Positions 45,136-56,200 of a stretch of 64,000 bases of DNA are shown piece after piece. Position numbers and translations under genes: made by a program. Origin of the DNA: an uncultured Spirochaetota bacterium (GTDB taxonomy: Bacteria > Spirochaetota > Spirochaetia > SZUA-6 > Fen-1364); NCBI GenBank assembly GCA_963820525.1, contig CAWGAA010000001.1, positions 1,888,001 to 1,952,000 on the forward strand, written 5' to 3'. Position 1 is the stretch's first letter; each line of letters begins with the position of its first letter. The notes below the pieces were generated by a model. It made no database searches, had not been told where the DNA came from, and was given only the letters and a program-made list of their open reading frames with translations.

Positions 45136-47502
45136 TCACTCCACCGTGATGAGGATCTCTTTTGTGCGTACGCCGGGACCGGGGATGACTGCCTGGATCC
45201 TGTGTCTTCCCCTGGAGAGCGGAAGCCGAAGCGCATAGGGGAAGGCGGCTTTGCCCAACAGCCCGCCGTCCACGTACCACGAGACCTCGCGTACCCGCGG
45301 CCGGACTTCGACCTGCAAAGGCAGGCTCTGGAACTTCTGCGGCGTGTCGGGGTCCATAAGGTAGCGGGCTCCGTCCTCGGGGTACGTGACGCGAAGCTCG
45401 AGTCGGCCGCCGAACGGAGAATCGTCGGCCGGAGAGCTGAAGCCGTGCTGGGCGCCCCAGAGGGCGTAGATGGGCGGAAGGATGGTGAAGGGACGCACCG
45501 CGACGCGGGATGGCGGGGTGGCATTGGTGGCCACGCTCCCGTCGCGGGCATCGACCACGAAGCGCTTGTGGACGGCGCAGAATGCGCGGGGTACTTCGGA
45601 GGGGCGGAACCATTCCACGGTGGTTGACGGGCAATCGGGGCCCGCCTCGTCGCCCGACATCGCGCAGACGGACACGGGAAGCGTTCCGTCGGGAGGGGGG
45701 AAGGGTACCGCGTCTATCCCCTCCTTCTGGAGGGGGTGGAGAAAGCGCACGATCTCTCCGGCATAGACGGCGGAAACCACGCCGGCCACGCGGTTCATGG
45801 GCCGGTTGTCGGGGTTTCCCATCCACAGCCCCACGATGTAGCGGGACGTGAAGGCCACGGTCCACGCGTCGCGGAAGCCCTGGCTGGTGCCCGTCTTGAT
45901 TGCCACGGGGAAGGGGAACTCCAGGGCGCTCATCCGGGGAAACGACGGAAGCCGGGCGATGTCGTCGGAGAGGAAGAGCGACACCTCGCGCGCGGCGTAC
46001 GGCGAGAAGACCTGGGCCTCGGTCCGGGACCCTCCGTCGGCCCGGAGCCAGCGTAGGGAGAACTCCCTGCCGTCGTTAGCCAGGGGCCCGTAGGCGGCCA
46101 CCAGGTCCGCCAGGGTGACGTAGATCCCGCCGATTGCCAGGCCATAGCCATAAAAAGATGCCGGCCTTCCCGCCCTCTCCAGCCCGAGGAGGCGGGCCAG
46201 ATCGGCGAAATCCTCCATGCCCACGCCCTCCAGGACCCTCAGGGCGGGAACGTTCCTGCTGTTTGCGAGCGCTCTCCTGTAGAGCATGGGGCCCAGGTAG
46301 GCCTCGTCGAAGTTCGCGGCGCGGTACTCGCCGCGGGAGCTCAAGACCGCGAACGGCAGGTCCGCCAGGATGGAGCCGGGGGTGAAGGTTCCCCTGTCGA
46401 GCCCTTCGGCGAAGAGGAAGGGCTTGAGGATGCTTCCCGAAGACCGCGGGGTATCGGCATAGTCGATAGCGCCGGAATGCTCCCGGTCGTAGAACGCGGA
46501 GGATCCGATATAGCCCAGCACTTCTCCCGTTCTGCGGTCCGCCACGATGATTGCGATGTTCTGGGCGTCCAACCGGCGGTTCTCGGCCAGGGCCCTCTCC
46601 GCCACGCCCTGGATGTAGTCCTGGATGACGGGGTCCATGCTCGCCCGAAGCGGCCGGGCGTACGCGCTCGGGCCGCCGGCCTTCACCTCTTGGAGAAGGC
46701 GCAGGATGTAATGGTAGCTGTTTCCCGGGCGGTCTTCGCGCTCGGGCAGGGGCATCGTTTCAAGCTGGCTCAACGCGGAACGGTACTCATCCTGCTCGAT
46801 CTGACCGCGGGAGAACAGCAGGCGAAGGATGAGGCGGGCCCGCCTCTTGGCCAGCTCGAGCCCCTGGTAATTGAAGACGTTCATCCTGCCGGGCTCCCGC
46901 GGAAGGCTTGCCAGGATGGCGGACTCTGCCAGGCTTGCGTCCAAGAGCGGCTTCCTGAAAAACCTGCGCGCCGCATAGGCGACCCCGTGGATCTGGTTTC
47001 CCTGGGGCACGATCTTCAGGTAATGGCGAAGCACCCGCTCGTGTCCGAACTTGGCGATCAGAAAGAAGGCCGTGCTCGCCTCCAGGACCTTTGCCGTCAT
47101 GGCCCGGGAGGCCGGATACTCCATGCGCGCCACCTGCATGGCAATGGTGGATGCGCCCTGGCGCCTGCCGCCTGCGGAGTTGTTGAGAATGGACCGGGCA
47201 ATCGAGCGGACGTCGACGCCGGGGTGAGCGTAGAAGCGGCGGTCCTCGATCGCGGTGAGGCAGAGGGCCATGCGCGGGTTGAGAGGGCCCTCGACGTCCC
47301 AATAGCCCAGGCTCCTGTACTGGTTTTCACCCTCGGTGAGGAAGTTGCCCGCGCGGTCCTCGATGATGGGCGTAGGCGGCGGAGAGAAGAGCTCGGCGCG
47401 CTGCCAGCCGATGGCAAGGAAAGCGCCCAGCAGGCTCACAAGCCACGTGGAGGCGAAAAAGGCGATTCTCCCGGCGCGCGCCTTTGAAAGCGAAAGCTTC
47501 AT
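45136..47502 (-). CDS. pbpC: Penicillin-binding protein 1C
   Basis: Transglycosylase EDRRFY and GASTIAMQ. Transpeptidase SILK, SRN and KTGT. C-terminal Ig-like BiPBP domain. ATGA overlap with the A2M stop. Confidence 0.9.
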   Translation of the reverse strand: MKLSLSKARAGRIAFFASTWLVSLLGAFLAIGWQRAELFSPPPTPIIEDRAGNFLTEGENQYRSLGYWDVEGPLNPRMALCLTAIEDRRFYAHPGVDVRSIARSILNNSAGGRRQGASTIAMQVARMEYPASRAMTAKVLEASTAFFLIAKFGHERVLRHYLKIVPQGNQIHGVAYAARRFFRKPLLDASLAESAILASLPREPGRMNVFNYQGLELAKRRARLILRLLFSRGQIEQDEYRSALSQLETMPLPEREDRPGNSYHYILRLLQEVKAGGPSAYARPLRASMDPVIQDYIQGVAERALAENRRLDAQNIAIIVADRRTGEVLGYIGSSAFYDREHSGAIDYADTPRSSGSILKPFLFAEGLDRGTFTPGSILADLPFAVLSSRGEYRAANFDEAYLGPMLYRRALANSRNVPALRVLEGVGMEDFADLARLLGLERAGRPASFYGYGLAIGGIYVTLADLVAAYGPLANDGREFSLRWLRADGGSRTEAQVFSPYAAREVSLFLSDDIARLPSFPRMSALEFPFPVAIKTGTSQGFRDAWTVAFTSRYIVGLWMGNPDNRPMNRVAGVVSAVYAGEIVRFLHPLQKEGIDAVPFPPPDGTLPVSVCAMSGDEAGPDCPSTTVEWFRPSEVPRAFCAVHKRFVVDARDGSVATNATPPSRVAVRPFTILPPIYALWGAQHGFSSPADDSPFGGRLELRVTYPEDGARYLMDPDTPQKFQSLPLQVEVRPRVREVSWYVDGGLLGKAAFPYALRLPLSRGRHRIQAVIPGPGVRTKEILITVE

Positions 47503-50500
47503 TTGCCGGCTTCAGGCAGTACCCTGACCTCCGTGCCGTCCGAGCGCCCCTGGACGGACAGCTTGTACATGAGCTCGGCCTTTGCCGAAGGCTCGGTGAA
47601 GGATCCGCTGAAGCTCGCCCGCACCCGGAAGTAGAAGTTGTAGGTGCCCTTGGGAAGGCTGTCGTAATAGAATACGACCTTGTCGTCGGCGTACAGCGAG
47701 TAGGTGGGCGCGAGGGTGAGGCTGCCGGACGGAGCGGCCTCCTTGGGCGCGCCGGCAAGCTGAGGGTTCAGCGGCTCGAACCCCGAGGAGATCGGGACCG
47801 AGACCGCCACGAAGTTCCTGTCCTCGAAGTTGACCACGGTCACGTGCTCTTCGACCACCGTGTCGAGGGGAAGCTCTATTGCCTTTCCCGCCGCGGCCCG
47901 CGTCTTGGATGCCGGATTCCCCTCGTTTCCAATGACGATAAGCTCGCGGTCCACGGAGAAGCCCGCGTTCTCCGCCTTGACCTGGGAGCCGCGCGCAGCC
48001 GGCACGTAGTCGGTGTACATGAGAAGGGAGAGCGGCCGGCCGGGGCTCGCGCCCTTTCGGACGTTCACCGTGGCCGGGCCGGTCACGTCCAGGGAGAACA
48101 CGGCAAGCGCCTTTCCGCCGGTTGAAAGCTGCCGCTTTCCCGAAGAGGAGGAAACTTCAAGGAGCGCGTCTTCGGATGCCGATGTCGTGAGCACCGTTTT
48201 CAAGGCGCGCATGGCGGAAACGTTGTCCTGAGTGTTTCCCCAGCCTTGATCGTCGGATTGCGATACAAGGTAGTCGGTGAGGAGCCTCAGCTTTGGAGAC
48301 CTCGGGTCCATCCTGTACAGCGCATCGATGCACGCGCCCACGTCCCGAACGGGGCTCGCAAGCACGATCCCGCCCCACCAGGAGCGCTGATCCGTCTGGA
48401 ACCCGGCAAAGATCTCGCGGCCCGCCTCGCGCTTCGTCACGACGGCGGACTTGAGCCGGTCTGCAAGCTGGACGGCATTGCGGGTGGAGGCGAGGCGCCT
48501 GCGTTGAAGGACCGAGTACAGCCTCGCCTGGCTGTAGAGGGGCAGGCCCTGGGAGCTTGCCAGAAGCTCGTTCGCGTACGCCTGGTCGAAGCCGCCCGCC
48601 GCGTCAAGCGCGCACAGTGCCTCGACCCGCTCGTAGCTGGTCCATCCGGAAAGGAGCCTTCTGTAATCGGATCGGAGCGCGGCCCGGAGGGCCGAAGACG
48701 CCTTGTCCATCATCCGCGCGTCAAAGGGGATCTTTGCGTCCCGGCACGCCACGAGGAACTCCACGGCGTAGGCAGTGAGGCTCACGTAGCCGGTGGAGCC
48801 CGGCCAGTAGCCGAAAAGCCCATCCTCGTCCTGGCACGACGCCAAGTAGGCGAAGAGGTTCCTCATCGCCATTTCGTTCACGGGGTAGTATTGGGGAATG
48901 CCCGAGGATTCCAGCAGGTCCTTGAGCATAACGGCGGGATAGAGCTTTGACACACGCTGCTCGAGACATCCGTGAACGTACCCCGTGAGGTAGTTCAGCC
49001 CTTCCAGGATTGAAAGGAGGCGCGGATCTCTGGCCGCTATTATAGTGCGAGACACGGTGCCTGAGCGGACGGGCTCTTTTGGATCCGGAAGGGAGACGGG
49101 CTTGGAGCCGTCCGTGGTCTGAATGGCCGCGATGTGCCGGGAATCCACGTCGTTTCGCACGGGAAGCTCGATCCTGAAGGCGTCGCGCGCCTTATCCGAG
49201 TTTCTCTGCACGTAGAGGCTCACCGCGACGTTTGATCCCTCCTTTTCCTGGAGGGTATCGGGAACGCGCATGGGGAAGAGCAGCCGCTCCGCCTTCCTGC
49301 CGTTGAAGGTGAGCTCCCGGACGGCCTGCGCGGGTCCTTCCCGTCGAGCGTGAGGCCCTCCACTTTGATTCCGGCCAGTCCCGGCCCATCGGGTCCCTCC
49401 ACAACCCTGCCGATTCCGCCGGCGTTGAAGGAGTCCCGGGGCCGCACGAATCGCGGCAGGGCCGACTGGGCGATCACGGGCAGGCGGACAGACACCATGG
49501 AGCGGGCCGCTCCCAGCCTGTCGTAGCCCGAGGTTGCCACGGCGCGGATGGCGAAATCGGTGAGATTGTCGGGCAGGCTCACCTCGATCTCGGCGCTTCC
49601 GCCCTTGATCGCGATCGAGGGATTGAAATAGGGCACTGTCTTGAAGTTCTTCCGCACCGTGACGCGGTCGAAAAGCTCCCTTGCCATCTCTGCGCTCATC
49701 ATCCCGTCGCCGCCGGGGATCTCCTCGATGGGGAGGTTTCCGAAGGTGAGGTTTCGGGTATCGCGGATGCTGATGAAGCTCTTCTGCGCCTCGATGAAGG
49801 GCGAAAGCGGGTCCAGCGGAAGCTCGGTGCCCAGCGCGAGGACCGCCTTGTCAACCAGCCACAGGGCAGCTTCTCCGTCAACCGGATTTCCCTTCCAATC
49901 GGATGCCGAGATGCGGATCTTCAGAGTCGTTCCCGGCTGCCGCTTGGGCTCGTGCTCCAGCGCCACGGTGAGCTGGTTTGCGGCGGGTTGGACCGCCAGG
50001 CGGATGGAGGCGCCCAGGGTCGCGGGCTTGCCAAGATCCAGCTTTTCGGCCGCCTTGCCCGTGCCCGCCACGCGCCCACGCTCCAGGAGCACGCCGATGG
50101 GCAGGCTCGGCGCCATGTTGTCCTGGATGGCAATCGAATAGATCCCCTGCCCGCCTGAAATCTTCACCCAATCGAAGCGGTTGGACTCCGGGCCTTCGAC
50201 GACGACCAGGGCATACCCTTCCTGGTACGGGCTCTTGAGGAGCAGCTTCGCGGTCATACCAGGCTGGTAGCTTCTCTTGTCCGGGGTGATCTCGAAGATG
50301 CTCTCCTTCTTCTTCTCCCAGCTCACGGGAGTGCCGCCGGCAACGAAGAGGTCGGACTTCACCAGGAGCTGCCGGCCCATGTAATCCCTCGCGAACGCCT
50401 CAACGATATAGACCCCCGCTTCGCTCACGCTGAAGGAGGGGCTCACCGTATCCGTTGTTGAAACGATGGACTGCTCGCCCATCGGCGTATCCACCACGTC

Positions 50501-53230
50501 GGTGACGTAGCGCGCCTCCCCGGTGGTGAAATCCGTCTCCGCGATGTAGGAGTGCCACTGACGCTGTGACAGTCTCACCGTGACCTGCTTGCCCGCCAGG
50601 GGCTGTTCCGCGTGATCCAGAACCACGATCTGGGGCTTGATGACCTTGCTGTCCGTGAGGAAGCGGTCCACCTTGAGGCCGATGCTGAAGGGTGGAAGCG
50701 CGAAGACCTGCTTCACCGTGGTCACGCTCTGGCGGTCCGCGCCCAGGACGGTTGCCCGCGCCACGTAGCGGCCGGCGCGTCCGTCCCTCTCCGCGGCAGG
50801 ATTCACCTGGATCCTGGAGGATCCCTCGTCGTCCAGCGTGTCGCTCTTTCGAAGCGCCCCGGTGACGCCTGACGGCTCTCCCGAGGAGAACCGTTCGTCC
50901 GTGGAAAAGAGGAAGCCGGGATACGAGGGGCTGGAGATCGAGTAGGGGTAGCGCGTCACTTCCCAGTCCACCTGCTCTCCAACCACCCGTCCCCCCGAGT
51001 AGTAGTCAGCCGTGAGGGTGAGCACGAAGGGCCGGTCCAGCGGCACCTTTTCCGGGCCGGAGATGTTCGCCTCGAAGAGCGGGACGCGGTAGCTCTCCTT
51101 CCTGAACCTCACCGAGGCGAGGACCGTCTGGTCCTTCGCGTACCTGACGGAGGCGCCGTATTCGCCGGTGGGAAGATCCTTGTCCTGGAACTGCGCTGAA
51201 AACCTCCCGTTTCCCGCCAGCTCCGCTGGATACACCCATTCCCTGTCCCCCGGCCCGCGCACCGCCACTTCCAGCTTGCGGGAGCCCGCATACTTGAGGA
51301 TCCTGCCGTCCATCCTGTCCCTGACCCAGCCCACGATGTACACGAGATCCTCGGGCCGGTAGACGGGTCTCTCCGTCACGATATAGGCCTTGGTTGCTCT
51401 CTCGTGGCGCTGCTCCCGCGGGGCCGCCGTGAGCCAGGCGAGCCATGACGAGCTTCCCTGGGACCAATGGTTGTCGGCAAATGCGGGAGGCGGGTCTTGA
51501 GGGTTCAGCACCAGGATATCGGCGTCCTTTGACACGACGATCCGCGACGGTGAAAAGTTGAACCGCCTTGAATGCTGGTAGCGCAGCTGCCCGGAGGCGT
51601 CGGTCACGCCCGAGAACAGGGGGGCCATTCTGTCCGCGTTCCTCGCTTCCACGCGTACCGCGGCTCCGCTCACCGCCGCTCCCGTGAAGAGCGAGGTGAC
51701 GACGAAGACCACCGCGTTCTCTTCCTCTATGGTGCTCAAGCAGAGGTCCGTGACCGCCAGCCGCGCGTAGAACCTGGTGCTGCTGCTGTCCAGGCTCCGA
51801 TAGCCCACAAGGTACGTCCCGGGGCTCGCCTTCCCATACTTGGCGGCCAGCTCCCCCGCAAGGTCGATGCCGAACGCGCTTCGCCCGCTGTGCTCGCTTA
51901 TGGGAAGATCGAGGATCTTGGAGATATCGGGCGAGCCGAGGAGGCGGACCTGCTTGATGAGCTCGCGCCCATACTCGGGCTCCTCACCCGGCATCGGGGG
52001 GCGCGATTCCTCGTCGATGGAGATGGGCTGGCCGGGAAACGGCCAGAAGTTGAGGCTCTCCGGGTCTATCCTGTAGACGCGAAGGTCCACCCGCCCCATG
52101 CCCCTGCCCTCCATGGGGAGGAACTGGGGCCCGAAGCGCTCCGCGATTCCCTGGGCAGTCTTCCACACGAGGTACGGCTTGGACTGCTTGTAGTAGAAGT
52201 AGAACGATGCCCTGTCGAACGCGGAGAGCGCCCTTCCGCTGATGCTCCTGATCTCCTGATAGCCCGCCGTGATCCTGTACGCCTTGTCCCTCTCCGCCTC
52301 GAACCTCAGATACAGCCTCTGGCCGGAGACCTCGCAGACGAGGTTTCTCACCGCCGGCTCGAAGCTCACCAGCCGCTTGAGGGCCTCCACTCCGACGGGA
52401 GCGATGTCCTCGGAAAACTCCAGGAACAGGGGCTCGCTTCCCGTGCCGCAGTTCACGGCCTGGTCTATCGGATACGCGGCGCCGGAGGGCGTCACGGGAA
52501 ACCGTGCGCTTCCCGAGCCCATGCCGATAAGCCTGAACTCGGGCCGGGTCTGGAAGGTGTACTTCGCCACGGAATCGCGCAGGGACTCGTCGAGGGAGAG
52601 CTTGAGATAGAGGATGGCGTGCTTTCCATAGGGGATTTCATTCTTCAGCGTCACCAGGTAGGAGGCGCTCGTGGCCGTCTTGGAGCGCTCCAGCTGCCGG
52701 ACCGTGAAGTCGGCGTCCGACATCCACCAGGAGCCTTCCGTCGTGAGGCCGGGAAGCTGGCGAACCTCGAAGCGGATCATGCGTGCAAGGCTGTCGGTAT
52801 CAAGGACCGCCGGAAACGAAAGGGTGAAGGAGCGGATTGGCTCCAGGCCCATGCTCCCCGATGACGGGGAGACGGAGGAGGGAGGCACCATCATCGTCGA
52901 GAGCTTCGCGCTCCTGTCCTTTGCCTGGATGGTGAAGACCTTCAAGGCCGGCCAGGGCACGGCTGGAAGGAACTGGACTGTGCGCGGGTCCAGCCACCTG
53001 TATTCCCCGGCAAGGGCGGGGAGGACGCTCAAGTACCCGCCGGGACCGTCCGCCGGTCCGCCGCGGGCCGGGCCGACCTGCCTGTTGTAGAAGACCGTGA
53101 CCGGATCATAGCCGCGGAGAAAGCCGTCGGGAACGATCGTGGATCCCAGGGCGGAGTCATCGGCCCGGAGGCCGGCGGCGCAGGCCAGGAGGACCATGGA
53201 AATAACGACGATGGTGCGACTGCTCAACAT
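47499..53230 (-). pseudogene. Bacterial alpha-2-macroglobulin (YfhM-like, about 1910 aa) split by a 1-nt deletion near 49330-49340 (possibly an assembly error)
   Basis: ERPVYRP, VDKAVLAL, RKNF, LPDNLT and LPRFVRP in the 5' ORF. Thioester GCLEQ (48971-48957), FGYWPG, WGNTQDN and PSAKAELMY in the 3' ORF. Confidence 0.9.
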
Positions 53231-53242
53231 GACGGGCCTACC

Positions 53243-56200
53243 TCATTCTTCCCTGTAGGACTTTATGACGTCGTCGGGGGTCTCGGTTCGGCTGCCCGAC
53301 AGGCCGTAGACGACGGGCGCGAAGCGCCGCGTCTCCCCCTTCGCTTCCACCAGGAGGTAATACAACCCAGGAGCAAGCTTCCTGATGAAAAGGGTCCCCT
53401 CGCCTATGGGCTTGAAGCGGGCGTCGAACAGCGCGGCGGAAAGGCCGTCGCTTTCGGCCCTGATTCCGGCGCCGATCTTTCCCGCCGCCTTCACCTCGAA
53501 GCGGTACAGGGCAAGCTCTCCCGGACCGAGGAGGGCGGGCGCGCCCTCCCCTTCCACGGCGACGGTGGTCGGCGCGAGGAGCGCGAGGCGCAGCGACCCT
53601 CCCTGGCCCGCTCCCCGGAAGGGCCGCGTGAACGCCATATAGGAGCCCTTGGGAAGCGAGGAGATTACGGTCCTGCCGCCAAGGCCCGCGGCCAGGCCGA
53701 GAAGCGCGCCGCTCCTGTCGTAGAGCGCCGTCACTCCGTCGGCATCGGAGCGCAGACACGCGATGGCGTCCTGGTCCAGGGAGAAGGTCCAGGATTGGGC
53801 CGCCTGCCCCAGCGTGACTCCCTCCACGGACAATGCCGATCCGGGCGCCCACGAATCCTTTGAAGCGAATGACGAGCGAAGATCCTCCGGCTTGGAGATC
53901 CACGCCTTGAGCGCTCCATGAGCGGTGGAGATCTCCAGCCGTCCTTTGCCGCCGGGAAACACCAGCACGGGGCCGAGATCGGTGCCCACTGATTGACCTG
54001 AGGTGATGCGGCCGTCGGCCTCGCTCAGGTACCGCGCATCTCCATGATCGCCCCAGAGGAAGAGGCGGGACTTCGGGTCGGCGGACACGGAGAAGGAGAG
54101 GTCCCGCTCGCCGGCAAGCACTGCCTCGAAGCCCTGCGCCTCGGTAAGGTCGGTCTGGGAGGCCGCCGCGCCCGACACGATGGAGCAGAGGGCGGGAGCG
54201 CTCGAATCGTTGACCACGACGATGGACCCTCCCTGGACTTCCATGATCCCGCTTGTGCTCGCTTCGGGGGCATCCACCACGCCGGCAGGCCTGCCGTTCC
54301 AGCCAAATGCCGTCATGCCTCGCTCCAGGGAGACGGAGAGCGCCTGGCGGGCGCCGTCCAGGGCAACAGCGGCCGCGGAGCCGGAAGGCACGCTTACGGT
54401 GAGCCTGCCGCTCTTGCCCAGTACGGTCTCGGAGACCACAGGGAAGAACCGGGCCGACACGGCGCGCCGCCGATCTTCCTGCCCGGAGCCGCAGTCCCAG
54501 AGCCTTCCGCGGAAGGAGCCGTCTCGAAGCCCGATCACGGTGGCAAGCTTGGTGACTCCGGCGCCTCGCCAGTCGAACGTGTCTGCTTTGTATGATCCGG
54601 CGGGAGAAGCCGAGAGGCCGATCTCCTGCCCCGCGTTGTCCGTGCGGATCAGCGCCGCCGTTCGCGGAGGAACCTGAACGCTGAAGACCTGGGGAACGCT
54701 GCCCACCACAACGGCGCCGGCCGTTCCGTCTCTGAGGGCGAGCGGGGAGATCTTCACACCTCCGACGGGGGAGCCGTCGGCGTGAAGGACCCAGCCCGTG
54801 GCCCCGGATGTGTTGACCGCCGCCTCGGTAAGAGGCCTGAAGGGGAGATTGAGGCCCGGCGAGTAGAGGAGCCTCCCCGCGGCGGGGGTGACGGTGAAGC
54901 TCGAGCCGTCCCGGTTTTCCAGCTGGACAACGGTTTCATTCACCGTCTGTGAGATTTCGCCGCCGCCAAGCGAGATCACCGCGGGACGCTCGGCGGTTAA
55001 ATGGAAGGCGACCTGCTTCTCTCCGACGCCGGAATGCCAGAAGCTCACCGAATAGTTCTCCCCCTGAGAAAGGGGAAGGAAAAGCGGGGCGGCGCCGGAA
55101 GCGATCACGCGCCCGCCGCGGCTTATGGATACCGAGATCGGCTCATCCGAGGCTGCCCAGAAGCGGTGCACTCCCGCGGTTTTCGCCGTGAAGGCCGCCG
55201 CTCCCACCTCGGTTGAAAGGTCCACCGTCACATCAAGCGTTCCGCCCGCCGATGAGAGGGCGCGTGTGTCGCGGGAGATGAGCGTTATCATGGGAGATCC
55301 GGCGGGCGCAGGCCCCAGCTCGGGAACCGCCTCGCTTCCGCCCCGGTCCTGGGCGCGGTACTCCCCGCCGCCCTCATCCTCGGAGACCGCGCCTTGATCG
55401 CTTCCTTGCTCGTCTCCGCCATCCTGGTACTCGCCCTCGCCATTGTCGTAGGCGCCCTGGTCTTCGGATTCGGAGTACTCGCCTTCCGACTGCGAGTCAG
55501 AATGCCTATCTTCCTCCGCGACGGGTTGGCCCCTCGAAGAGGAAGCTGAAGCGTCTTCCGCGGAGGACAGCGCCAGGGTGTATCTGCCCGCCTTGACGTT
55601 GGCCACGATCCTGAAGTTCCAGTCGTCGGGAATCTCCTCGGCTGTTGCCACGATTCTTCCCGATTGGTCCACCAGGACGGCCTGCATCTCCTGGGAGCCA
55701 TAGCTCCAGATGTCGATGTTCCCGTCCTTGCCCACCGTGACGGGGATGCTCGCCGGAAGCGAGCCCGGGGTTCGAGGCCCGCCCTCGTAGAGGTCCGCCG
55801 TGGCCACGGCAATGCTGTAGTTCTTGAGGTTGTCCTCCTCGATGCTGGACACCTGGATCCGGCAGGTTCCCGCGGGGAGCATGGCCTCGGAGTGCTCGCC
55901 GCCTCGGCCGTGATCCAGCACCTGGCCCTTCTCGTCGAGCACCCTGAAAAGCATTCCCTGAGAAATGTACAGGATTGCGTCGATGCTGGAGGGCAGGCTC
56001 AGGGTAAAGACGTCTTCGGGGCGGCCCTGGCTCTCGGTCCAGATCTTGCGGTAGGTGCGGTTGAGCCGGATGGAGAGGAGCTTGGCCTTTGGATCGTACG
56101 GGGCTTGATCCTGGCCCGCCCGCGCCGTCAGGGAGAGAAGGCGCCGGGTGGGAACGGGATCCATGGCCGACACGTAATGGTAGGTTCCGACGGGAAGTCT

